NCBI GenBank assembly: GCA_964399335.1
Contig: CAYNQI010000022.1
Span: 1-16,896, forward strand
Length of the DNA: 16,896 nt
Direction of reading: 5' to 3'
Source of the DNA: an uncultured Thermoplasmata archaeon
GTDB taxonomy: Archaea > Thermoplasmatota > Thermoplasmata > Halarchaeoplasmatales > Halarchaeoplasmataceae
The notes below the pieces were generated by a model. The model saw only the letters and a program-made list of their open reading frames with translations. It did no database searches and was not told the DNA's origin. This document shows, piece by piece, positions 1 through 7,804 of the stretch. The position numbers were made by a program, and so were the translations under genes. Each line of letters begins with the position of its first letter. The first letter of the stretch is position 1.

Positions 1-53
1 CCTTTATCATATAATCATGACTAATAGATTTTTCTGATAAATAAGGGTAGTAA

Positions 54-69
54 ACAAAAAATTATAATA
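54..69 (+). promoter_or_regulatory. Putative BRE/TATA box for atpD (probably leaderless)
   Basis: A-rich AAACAAAA followed by TTATAATA (62-69), about 26 nt before ATG 95; no obvious SD sequence. Confidence 0.45.
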
Positions 70-94
70 TAGACCCTTTCTTGTTTCCAAACAG

Positions 95-727
95 ATGGCA
101 GAAAAATTAGATGATGTCAAACCTACTAGGATGGAGCTTCTCAGGATCAGAAAGAGAAAGGTCCTTGCTGAGAATGGACACGATCTATTGAGTGAGAAAA
201 AGGATGCTTTAATCAACGAATTCTTTAAGGTAGTAGATAAAAGAAAAAAACTACGTAAGGAATTTTTAGAAAATCTTGATGATAGTTACCAATCTTTAGT
301 GGAAAGTGAGATGCTCATGGGAAAAAGTGAGGTGAAAAGTATAGCCGATGGTGCCATCCCGATGGATGGAATCGATATTGAGTCAGATAATATTATGGGT
401 GTTAAGGTTCCATCATTTATACCAGAAGTCCCTTCAGAGAAGTTCTATGGGTATGCCGATACTTCTGTCAAACTCGACGAAACCGTTGAAAATTTTAGGC
501 AAGCATTAAAACAAGCCCTACAACTTGCAGAAGTGGAGGGTAAGTTAACTCGATTAGCTGATGAGATCGAAAAAGCAAAAAGAAGAGTCAATGCTTTGGA
601 ATATATCTATATACCTAAGTTAGAAGCTACTATAGAGTATATCGAAAGGCAGCTGGAAGAAAGGGAAAGAGAGGACTTCTTCCGCAGGAAAAAGATAAAA
701 TCCATCATGGAAGAAAAAGAAACCTAG
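95..727 (+). CDS. atpD: A-type (V/A) ATP synthase subunit D
   Basis: N-terminal KPTRMELLRIRKR...GHDLLSEKKDAL, central NIMGVKVP, C-terminal LADEIEKAKRRVNALEYIYIPKL...LEEREREDFFRRKKIK; all hallmark AtpD/NtpD motifs. Confidence 0.97.
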   Translation: MAEKLDDVKPTRMELLRIRKRKVLAENGHDLLSEKKDALINEFFKVVDKRKKLRKEFLENLDDSYQSLVESEMLMGKSEVKSIADGAIPMDGIDIESDNIMGVKVPSFIPEVPSEKFYGYADTSVKLDETVENFRQALKQALQLAEVEGKLTRLADEIEKAKRRVNALEYIYIPKLEATIEYIERQLEEREREDFFRRKKIKSIMEEKET

Positions 728-736
728 GGGATCATA

Positions 737-892
737 TTGAAAGACCTGATCGAAAAATATTTTGACACGCCTGATAAGAAAGCTAAATTATATCTGTTGA
801 TCACCATAGCTCAGATATGGGCTGTCATAGCTATTGTAATAGGAATCATAGTTTTCATTTTTATTCTACTTAGAAATATGGGAATTTTTTAG
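737..892 (+). CDS. Small single-pass membrane protein, 51 aa (MKDLIEKYFDTPDKKAKLYLLITIAQIWAVIAIVIGIIVFIFILLRNMGIF), not in the ORF track
   Basis: TTG start 9 nt after the atpD stop, preceded by GGGGA (SD-like); open to TAG 890-892; charged N-terminus followed by one long hydrophobic segment. Confidence 0.7.
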   Translation: MKDLIEKYFDTPDKKAKLYLLITIAQIWAVIAIVIGIIVFIFILLRNMGIF

Positions 893-939
893 ACCGTTCA
901 ATCACAAATAATATAATTCATTCAGTAATATGATCAAAC

Positions 940-2175
940 ATGACAATAGACTTGATCGTTCACAACTGCTCTGAATTACATACCTTAGAAGGACCGGATA
1001 GACCTAGGATCGGAGAAGAGATGAGTGATACGGGACTTATAAAAGATGGTGCTTTAGCTGTGGATGATGGTAAGGTCATCGATTATGGTCCTTCAATAGA
1101 TATTTTATCAAATTATCAAGCTGAAAAAAAAGTAGATGCATCTGGTAAAACCGTCATACCGGGATTCGTGGATCCACATACTCATCTCGTATTCGCGGGT
1201 TCTAGGGAAGATGAACTGGTTATGAAGATCAAAGGTAAAACTTACATGGAGATCTTAGAATCTGGGGGTGGTATTTTAAGTACAGTTAAATCCACCCGTC
1301 AAGCTAGCCTTAAACGATTGAAGGAAGAAACCAGAAAACGTATGGATAGAATGATGGAGTACGGCACAACCACAGCAGAAGCGAAGAGCGGGTACGGTCT
1401 AGATAAAGAAAATGAGATCAAAAGTTTGGAAGTTATCAAAGAATTGAATGAAGAACATCCTATGGACCTGGTACCCACTTATATGGGAGCACATTCGTTA
1501 CCACCTGAGTTTGACGACCACTCAAGATATATAGATCACTGTATCGAAGAAGTCATTCCAGAGATAGTTGATAAAGAACTGGCTGATTATTGTGACGTAT
1601 TCTGTGAAAAAGGAGTCTTTAATGTTGAAGATAGCCGTAGATTGTTAAAGAAAGCTAAAGAACTAGGTTTGGGTTTAAGAGTTCACGCAGATGAGATCGA
1701 GAACATAGGATGTAGTTGTATGGCCGGTGAAATTGGAGCTGTATCTGCTGAACATCTAGTCAAAACTAAAGAAAGTGATATTAAGATGATGGCTGAAAGC
1801 GGAGTTATCGGAATACTATTACCGGGTACACCTTTCATGCTCATGGAAGAAGAGTATTCTCCAGCTAGAAAGATGATCGATATGGGTATGCCCATAGCCC
1901 TTGCTACCGATCTTAATCCTAACTGCTATACAGAATCCATGCAGATGATAATCACATTGGCATGTCTGAACATGAAATTGACCCCAAGTGAAGCCCTAAC
2001 GGCCTCAACAGTCAACTCTGCCATGGCTTTAGAAAAAACGGATGTTGGAAATCTAGCAAAAGGAAGTAAAGCTGATTTTGTTATTCTAGACGTTCCGAAT
2101 CATATGCACATACCATATCATTTCGGAGTGAACCTAGTTGAGCAAGTTTTCAAGAAAGGTAAAAGAGTTGTTTGA
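940..2175 (+). CDS. hutI: Imidazolonepropionase (amidohydrolase superfamily)
   Basis: PGFVDPHTHLVFAGSREDE, YMEILESGGGILSTVKSTR, GTTTAEAKSGYGL, DVFCEKGVF, HADE, SAEHL, ALATDLNP motifs. Confidence 0.95.
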   Translation: MTIDLIVHNCSELHTLEGPDRPRIGEEMSDTGLIKDGALAVDDGKVIDYGPSIDILSNYQAEKKVDASGKTVIPGFVDPHTHLVFAGSREDELVMKIKGKTYMEILESGGGILSTVKSTRQASLKRLKEETRKRMDRMMEYGTTTAEAKSGYGLDKENEIKSLEVIKELNEEHPMDLVPTYMGAHSLPPEFDDHSRYIDHCIEEVIPEIVDKELADYCDVFCEKGVFNVEDSRRLLKKAKELGLGLRVHADEIENIGCSCMAGEIGAVSAEHLVKTKESDIKMMAESGVIGILLPGTPFMLMEEEYSPARKMIDMGMPIALATDLNPNCYTESMQMIITLACLNMKLTPSEALTASTVNSAMALEKTDVGNLAKGSKADFVILDVPNHMHIPYHFGVNLVEQVFKKGKRVV

Positions 2176-2337
2176 TGGTAAAATCCGCGTTTTCCTTAAA
2201 TCACGATTGTCTGACAAATATGTCGTTATTATCATACAGTACATATAATTATATAGGTTCTTTATTTGATTAAATAGGCTCAAATATTAATACAGCCAGT
2301 AATCAATTGTATATTTTTACACCCCCACTTTTTACCG

Positions 2338-2357
2338 ATATATGTCAATATATGTCA
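2338..2357 (+). repeat. Perfect tandem 10-bp repeat ATATATGTCA x2
   Basis: 2338-2347 and 2348-2357 are identical; lies just upstream of a TATA-like TTAAATA (2378-2384) for ORF 2409. Confidence 0.85.
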
Positions 2358-2408
2358 CTAATAATTAATCAAAAAAATTAAATATGTTGATTCGTAAAGT
2401 AAGACACT

Positions 2409-2693
2409 ATGTCAGACGAAAAAGAAAAATTACACAAATATGTGAAGTTGATAAGCCAGCACAAATTTGATGAATGGGCTAGAGGCGAAAGGTCTTTAGC
2501 AGATCTGATTAGAGAACATCACTTCTTAGCGACTATCTATAAATCGAAGATTGAGAAGGCAATCCACCAACATACAGCTCATGAATTCCTTGAGATATTT
2601 GAAGAGGAAAGACCAGATTTGAATTTTGGAGATGAAGAAGAGATCGAGCAGCGTATCAGAACAGAGATGAAAGAGATCGAAAACGCGTTATAA
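2409..2693 (+). CDS. Hypothetical protein, 94 aa, helical and acidic, 7 His
   Basis: ATG with a TATA-like element about 25 nt upstream; E/K-rich composition like neighbouring genes; no family recognised. Confidence 0.75.
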   Translation: MSDEKEKLHKYVKLISQHKFDEWARGERSLADLIREHHFLATIYKSKIEKAIHQHTAHEFLEIFEEERPDLNFGDEEEIEQRIRTEMKEIENAL

Positions 2694-2708
2694 CAATATT
2701 GCCCCGTG

Positions 2709-2736
2709 AGTAATCAATACTGATAATGTCAGACGA
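2709..2736 (+). repeat. Second copies of AGTAATCAAT (2709-2718; first copy 2298-2307) and ATGTCAGACGA (2726-2736; first copy 2409-2419)
   Basis: Exact 10-bp and 11-bp direct repeats read from the sequence, in the same order on either side of ORF 2409-2693. Confidence 0.8.
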
Positions 2737-2793
2737 TATAAAATAAAATATTTGTGTTTATTTAATCGCCTTACTATCAAAAGATTCAAAACT

Positions 2794-2807
2794 GAAAAAT
2801 TTTAAAA
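2794..2807 (+). promoter_or_regulatory. Putative BRE/TATA for the AIM24 gene
   Basis: GAAAAA followed by TTTTAAAA (2800-2807), about 24 nt before ATG 2831. Confidence 0.5.
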
Positions 2808-2830
2808 ACTACTTGTACAATTCACCTAGT

Positions 2831-3574
2831 ATGAAATATAAAACGTTCGGAAAGAATCTACAGGTAGTGGCCTTACAGCTATCTGCTGGAGAAGAAGTTT
2901 ATGGTGAAGCTGGTGCTATGGTTTATATGACAGGTAATATGAACATGGAAACAAAAGCACGGGGAGGTATCATGAAGGGTTTAAAAAGAAAACTTTCGGG
3001 TGAAACATTTTTTATGACAGAATTTACTCCAGCTGGAGGTACAGGGATAGTAGCTTTCGGTGGTAATTGCCCAGGCACTATAAAAGCACTAAAATTAGAT
3101 GGAAATAAACAGTATATGGTACAAAAAGAAGGATTCTTGTGTGCTGAAAGCTCTATCGACCTTGATATCGGTTTCCAAAAGAAATTTGGTGGAGCATTTT
3201 TTGGCGGCCATGGATTAATTTTACAAAAGATGAGTGGGAAAGGTAATATTTTTATCCATGCGGCCGGTGATTTCATCGAAAAGGATCTCAAACAAGGGGA
3301 AGTACTTAAGGTTTCAACAGGCCATTCACTTGCTTGGGAGGACTCGGTAGATTTTGATATTGAAAGATCAGGCAAAGTGAAAAGTATGTTGTTCTCAGGT
3401 GAAGGGATGTTCGTAACTACCTTGCGAGGTCCAGGTAAAGTTTGGCTACAGAGTATGACCCTAGAACAGTTGGCATCTGGTTTAAAACCACATCTACCTA
3501 AACAAAGTAGCTCTTCAAGTGATAGTAAATCGGGCTTCAGTAAGAGTGGTAGTTTCTCATTCGGAGGAAAATGA
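2831..3574 (+). CDS. AIM24 / TIGR00266 (DUF124) family protein with Ser/Gly-rich C-terminal tail
   Basis: LSAGEEVYGEAGAMVYM, GGIMKGLKRKLSGETFFMTEF, FLCAE, FFGGHGLILQKMSGKG, SGEGMFVTTLRGPGKVWLQSM; ATG 2831 preferred over the track's TTG 2813. Confidence 0.9.
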   Translation: MKYKTFGKNLQVVALQLSAGEEVYGEAGAMVYMTGNMNMETKARGGIMKGLKRKLSGETFFMTEFTPAGGTGIVAFGGNCPGTIKALKLDGNKQYMVQKEGFLCAESSIDLDIGFQKKFGGAFFGGHGLILQKMSGKGNIFIHAAGDFIEKDLKQGEVLKVSTGHSLAWEDSVDFDIERSGKVKSMLFSGEGMFVTTLRGPGKVWLQSMTLEQLASGLKPHLPKQSSSSSDSKSGFSKSGSFSFGGK

Positions 3575-3816
3575 AGAAAGTTACATATGCGATTTTAGCA
3601 GCCGCCACGATGGCCCTCGTAATGCTATTATTTCATGAAGTGGGGATTTTATCTTGGTTAGCTGCTATACTAACTCTTTCTCTAGTAGTGGCATCTCCAA
3701 TACTCTTTACAGTTTTAGTAATTTTATTTTTAGTAGCTATACCGTATTATATTTTAAAGAAAAAGCCGAAAACTGACGAGTATGGTAATTATCTTTTAGA
3801 AGATTTTAAGGAATAA
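3571..3816 (+). CDS. Small membrane protein (2-3 TM), hypothetical
   Basis: ATGA overlap with the AIM24 stop (translational coupling); long hydrophobic stretches and a charged tail. Confidence 0.75.
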   Translation: MKKVTYAILAAATMALVMLLFHEVGILSWLAAILTLSLVVASPILFTVLVILFLVAIPYYILKKKPKTDEYGNYLLEDFKE

Positions 3817-3828
3817 AGTATTTATTTA

Positions 3829-4818
3829 TTGCAGTCTCATCAATCAACAATAGTGAACATGATGCGAGAAAAGATCAAAGAATTCAGAAAAAAAGTAAAA
3901 ACGGTAAAAAGCTCAAAACATGCTCTTTTAATCTACATACTGACGATTTTCATAACATCGATATGGACAATATTTACACCTTGTGTTTCATATCTAGCGA
4001 TCCCTATCTTAGCTATATATATACCTAATAAATTATATGGTGAAAACAAATTGAAAAAATTAGTCATAGCAGGAGTACTAGGCACTCTACTGGTCACTTC
4101 TACGGCTACTATCTATCACTCTAACTACTTTTACACCCAGGAGATGAGTCAAGTTGAATCCCCTAATAACATACTTACCGAGGGGGGCGTTGACAGGATT
4201 TACGAAAATACTGATGAGCCCTTTAACTTTACAGTTCTAGTCGATGAGAATAGAATCGGTGATAATTATACTATAAATCTTAACATTACCTACGAACTTT
4301 GGACTGCTGAGGGTTCTGAAGTCATTGAAAAAAGTTACAATATGAGTTTACACGAAGATGGATTGTATTTTAAAGAATTAGAACTTGGAGAAAGAAGGTA
4401 TTTTCATAAATTTGCCGTGAACTATATTGAAAATAGAACCTCGATATGGGAAGAAACTGAACAGGCTTATGGGCCTATGACATTACCCTTTGAGCACACC
4501 TTAATTTCGATATTTGTTCAAAGAACTCCAGTTCCATTAATAGTCTTTTTATTTATAATATCGATATTGTGGTGGAAAGAAAAGATCAAGGAAAGTCGAG
4601 CAAAAAGCACAGAAGGTTTGGAAAAGAAAGAAAAACATTTAGAAGATTACTGCCCCGAGTGTGGTGAATTACTTGAAGGATCAGAAAAATGTCTAGAATG
4701 TGGTTATAAAAAAGAAAAATTCAAAGAGTCAAATATAACAACATGTGTAAACTGCGGTAAGACCATCTCTAAAGATCAAAAAGATTGTCCTTACTGTGGA
4801 AAAGATGTGATAGATTGA
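3829..4818 (+). CDS. Membrane protein with an extracytoplasmic domain and C-terminal double zinc-ribbon motifs
   Basis: N-terminal TM helices, a polar loop domain with N-x-T/S sequons (NFT, NYT, NIT, NMS, NRT), a further TM helix, then CPECG..CLECG and CVNCG..CPYCG. True start may be GTG 3853 or ATG 3859/3862. Confidence 0.85.
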   Translation: MQSHQSTIVNMMREKIKEFRKKVKTVKSSKHALLIYILTIFITSIWTIFTPCVSYLAIPILAIYIPNKLYGENKLKKLVIAGVLGTLLVTSTATIYHSNYFYTQEMSQVESPNNILTEGGVDRIYENTDEPFNFTVLVDENRIGDNYTINLNITYELWTAEGSEVIEKSYNMSLHEDGLYFKELELGERRYFHKFAVNYIENRTSIWEETEQAYGPMTLPFEHTLISIFVQRTPVPLIVFLFIISILWWKEKIKESRAKSTEGLEKKEKHLEDYCPECGELLEGSEKCLECGYKKEKFKESNITTCVNCGKTISKDQKDCPYCGKDVID

Positions 4819-5243
4819 ATGTGAATAAAAAAGTTTTAGTTTCTCATATCTTTCTTATCAACACCTTACTTTATGCAATATATATCTTCATAGTTTCCAC
4901 ATCACCTACCGCACCAGGTGCTGAAACTGGGAGAGATATAACTTCTTATTTTTCTTTTATCGCTCATTACGTTCTATATTTTGGATTCTCATATTTTGTT
5001 TTTGTAACATATAAGGAATTCGAAAAATATTCATGGAATCCATTTCTGTCTACTGTTGTATCCGTTTCAATATATGGATTGATCATCGAAGTTTTTCAAT
5101 ATTATATACCTTATAGACATTTTAGCCTGATAGATGGTTTAATCAACCTATTAGGTGCTATAAGTTTTGTATTAATAGCTTACCTGCTTAAAAAACTACC
5201 AGAAAATAAGGTAGTAGAATTTTTTTATTTAAACCATATCTAG
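4815..5243 (+). CDS. VanZ-like family membrane protein
   Basis: AHYVLYFGFS and YGLIIEVFQYYIPYRHFSLIDGLINLLG match the VanZ H..(F/Y) and E..Q...P.R..S..D...N..G pattern; start uncertain (TTG 4815 or GTG 4821). Confidence 0.8.
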   Translation: MNVNKKVLVSHIFLINTLLYAIYIFIVSTSPTAPGAETGRDITSYFSFIAHYVLYFGFSYFVFVTYKEFEKYSWNPFLSTVVSVSIYGLIIEVFQYYIPYRHFSLIDGLINLLGAISFVLIAYLLKKLPENKVVEFFYLNHI

Positions 5244-5299
5244 TTCTTTATAGATACGTTTAAAAACCTTCTTTCTAATCATGTTTAGAGGTGTAGGAT

Positions 5300-5782
5300 A
5301 TGGAATTAAAAACTGTAAAGGTAGAAAAAGAAGAGGAGATCAATGTCATACTCGGCCAGAGCCATTTTATTAAAACCGTTGAAGATATATATGAAGCACT
5401 GATCACATCTGTACCTGGAATAGAATTTGGGATAGCCTTTTGTGAAGCCTCAGGTGATAGATTGATCAGATACGATGGAACAAAAGAAGATCTTGTAGAG
5501 ATAGCTATCGATAACGCAAAAAGGATCAATGCAGGTCACTTTTTCATAATCGTACTAGAGAATGCGTATCCGATCAATGTTCTATCGGATTTGAAAAATG
5601 TAGACGAAATCTGCAATATTTACTGTGCAACAGCAAATCCATTAGAAGTCATAGTTGCAGAAAACGAAAATGGCAGAGGCATTATTGGAGTTATAGACGG
5701 TGAACCAACCGTGGGTGTCGAAGAGGAAGAAGATAAAAAATGGAGAAAGAACCTGCTCAGGGATATAGGTTATAAAAGGTGA
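5300..5782 (+). CDS. DUF355 / 'adenosine-specific kinase' family protein
   Basis: NVILGQSHFIKTVEDIYEAL, FGIAFCEASG.RLIR, AGHFFII, YPINVL, IYCATANPLEVIVAE...GRGIIGVIDG; SD GAGGTG at 5288-5293. Confidence 0.92.
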   Translation: MELKTVKVEKEEEINVILGQSHFIKTVEDIYEALITSVPGIEFGIAFCEASGDRLIRYDGTKEDLVEIAIDNAKRINAGHFFIIVLENAYPINVLSDLKNVDEICNIYCATANPLEVIVAENENGRGIIGVIDGEPTVGVEEEEDKKWRKNLLRDIGYKR

Positions 5783-7003
5783 TCAAGCCCCAAATTTTTC
5801 GCCTATCTTTGCAAGGTCTAACAATATATTGAGTACATCTTTGCCATAGAGTCTACCTAATCCACCTTTGGTACTTGATCTTTCATCGAATTTTACTACA
5901 TCATCCCGTCTTACTTCTTCCCCATGTATCAATATAGGGGATGGATCGCCGCTGTGACCTTTAACAGTTACAGGCGTTGAATGATCACCGGTTATCACTA
6001 TGTAGATATCTTCCAGTTCCTTTAGTTGCTCTAAGTTTTCATCTAACTTCTCGATGAACTTTATCTTTTCATCATATAATCCATCATGACCTAATAGGTC
6101 AAATCCTTTGATATTAGCTAATATAAAATCATATTCTTGAATCTTAGATTTTATACCTTTCATTATCGCATCTATATCAGTATCTAACCCCCCAGTAGCA
6201 CCTTCGATTCCGATTACATCCATTCCAGCCAATCTACATACACCTTTTACCAAAGGAATCCCGGCTATGGCTGCTCCATTGATACCTTTGTTTTCTAAAA
6301 GTGACTCCATCTTTGGTACCTTACCTGCCCCTCTAGGGAGTATTATATTAGCTGGAGGTTCTCCTGAATTTTCTCTTTTTTTATTTATTGGATGGTCTTT
6401 AAGAACTTCAATAGTTTTCTTTGTGAATTCATTCATGATTTCAGCTGTTCTTCTATTTTCTTTATTATCCACAATAGGTTCGGCTGGATGATAGCCTACA
6501 TCTGTTTCATGGGGATCTACATCAGTAACTTCAGCTCCTAATCCTTCACCTTTTAAGATCAAAACACCCCGGTGTTCAACAGCTTCTTGAAAATGAAAAT
6601 CTACTTCTAGATCGATATCGTTTACCGCTTCGGCTAGTTCACCAGTCCCTTCTTTTATTCGTCCAGCTCGACGGTCTGTCAACTTTCCATCTTCTATGGT
6701 GCTAAAATTACATCTAAAAGCTACCTGGCCGGGTTCAACCTCAAGACCTATACCAGCAGCTTCAAAAGGACCTCTACCTGTATACACTTCATATGGATCA
6801 TACCCTAATAATGCCAGATGACCTGTATCACTACCAGGTATAACACCAGGGGCAATCGTATCCATGATTCCATTGACACCTTTTTCTGCGAATTCATCTA
6901 GATTCGGAGTTTTTGCTTTCTCTAAAGGAGTTTTTCTGTCGAGTTCTTTAACAGGTCTATCTCCAATACCATCCAATATCAACATCAAAATCTTATCAGC
7001 CAT
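5783..7003 (-). CDS. apgM: Archaeal 2,3-bisphosphoglycerate-independent phosphoglycerate mutase
   Basis: [35 protein letters not shown] (catalytic Ser), [38 protein letters not shown]. Confidence 0.95.
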   Translation of the reverse strand: MADKILMLILDGIGDRPVKELDRKTPLEKAKTPNLDEFAEKGVNGIMDTIAPGVIPGSDTGHLALLGYDPYEVYTGRGPFEAAGIGLEVEPGQVAFRCNFSTIEDGKLTDRRAGRIKEGTGELAEAVNDIDLEVDFHFQEAVEHRGVLILKGEGLGAEVTDVDPHETDVGYHPAEPIVDNKENRRTAEIMNEFTKKTIEVLKDHPINKKRENSGEPPANIILPRGAGKVPKMESLLENKGINGAAIAGIPLVKGVCRLAGMDVIGIEGATGGLDTDIDAIMKGIKSKIQEYDFILANIKGFDLLGHDGLYDEKIKFIEKLDENLEQLKELEDIYIVITGDHSTPVTVKGHSGDPSPILIHGEEVRRDDVVKFDERSSTKGGLGRLYGKDVLNILLDLAKIGEKFGA

Positions 7004-7749
7004 ATTATCGTTCCTGCTATTATTATAGATACTGAAACTGCTACTAAATTTACGGTAGATTTTCCGATCAAACCTTTTCTTTCGAGAACTGCCCCGATTA
7101 TACTATCTATCTGGCAGCTCATAAATCCAATAAATATACCAAATATGATCAGTGAAATATCGATAAACAAACCTTCTAGAATGTAAAAAACGATAAATGA
7201 TATTGCAAAAGTATAGGCTGCCCCTATAAAAGCCCACATCTCTCCATATAAGGATATTCCCCCATTGGTCCCCGGTTTTACTCTTTTCAAGGTGGTTATC
7301 AAATATGTCTTATCTGAAAGGATACCCATCTCAGAGGCTAACGTGTCTGAAGCTGCACAGGCTACTGAAGTAATAAATAAAAATGCTACGATCTTATATG
7401 GGAACATACTAAAACTAACTGGGTTTAATGAATTACCAGAGTTATGTATCAATGCTAGTAAAGTGGGTACTAAGCCATTTGCTAATACATTGATCACACC
7501 TCTCTCCCCTTTCTTTCCCTCTTGAAAACCGTGTTCTTTTTTATAATTGAATTTATATCTAGTTGCTAAAAATGCACTAGCCAAGAATATTAAGAGTAAA
7601 AGTATCCATTCTATACCTCCAAAGAGTCCTATGATGATCCCCATCGCAAATGCTGTAGCTGATCCTCCTGCATCTAACATACCTTTATGGTAAGTAACGG
7701 ATGCTAGTACGACACAAATAAAGATAATCGTCAGTAATTCTAGAATCAT
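6985..7749 (-). CDS. DUF92 / TIGR00297 (TMEM19-like) membrane protein
   Basis: FLATRYKFNYK, GERGVINVLANG, AASDTLASEMGILS..YLITTLKRVKPGTNGGISLYG, CQIDSIIGAVLE, VNL; overlaps the apgM start by 19 nt. Confidence 0.92.
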   Translation of the reverse strand: MILELLTIIFICVVLASVTYHKGMLDAGGSATAFAMGIIIGLFGGIEWILLLLIFLASAFLATRYKFNYKKEHGFQEGKKGERGVINVLANGLVPTLLALIHNSGNSLNPVSFSMFPYKIVAFLFITSVACAASDTLASEMGILSDKTYLITTLKRVKPGTNGGISLYGEMWAFIGAAYTFAISFIVFYILEGLFIDISLIIFGIFIGFMSCQIDSIIGAVLERKGLIGKSTVNLVAVSVSIIIAGTIIWLIRF

Positions 7750-7770
7750 CTGAAACTTTCAAAAGTAGGA

Positions 7771-7787
7771 GAGAATATAAATTTTAT
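7771..7787. promoter_or_regulatory. Candidate bidirectional TATA element between the DUF92 and methyltransferase genes
   Basis: AATATAAA on + and TTTATAT on - overlap at about 7774-7781, roughly equidistant from the two divergent ATGs (7749, 7805). Confidence 0.4.
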
Positions 7788-7804
7788 GCCATATATTGAT
7801 ATCC

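Noticed and set aside
7-216. Minus-strand 69-aa ORF over atpD, plus antisense ORFs at 1683, 2923, 5275, 6267, 7265, 7849, 9473, 10165, 10891, 11972, 13473, 13848, 13882, 15434 and 16093
   Set aside because: They lie opposite well-supported genes and show no recognisable motifs; typical shadow ORFs
2243-2254. Perfect palindrome ATATAATTATAT
   Set aside because: All A/T in an AT-rich spacer, so likely chance, and not repeated elsewhere that I noticed
2176-2830. Possible mini-CRISPR or MITE suggested by the short repeats
   Set aside because: Repeats are only 10-11 bp and irregularly spaced, with no terminal inverted repeats or cas/transposase genes
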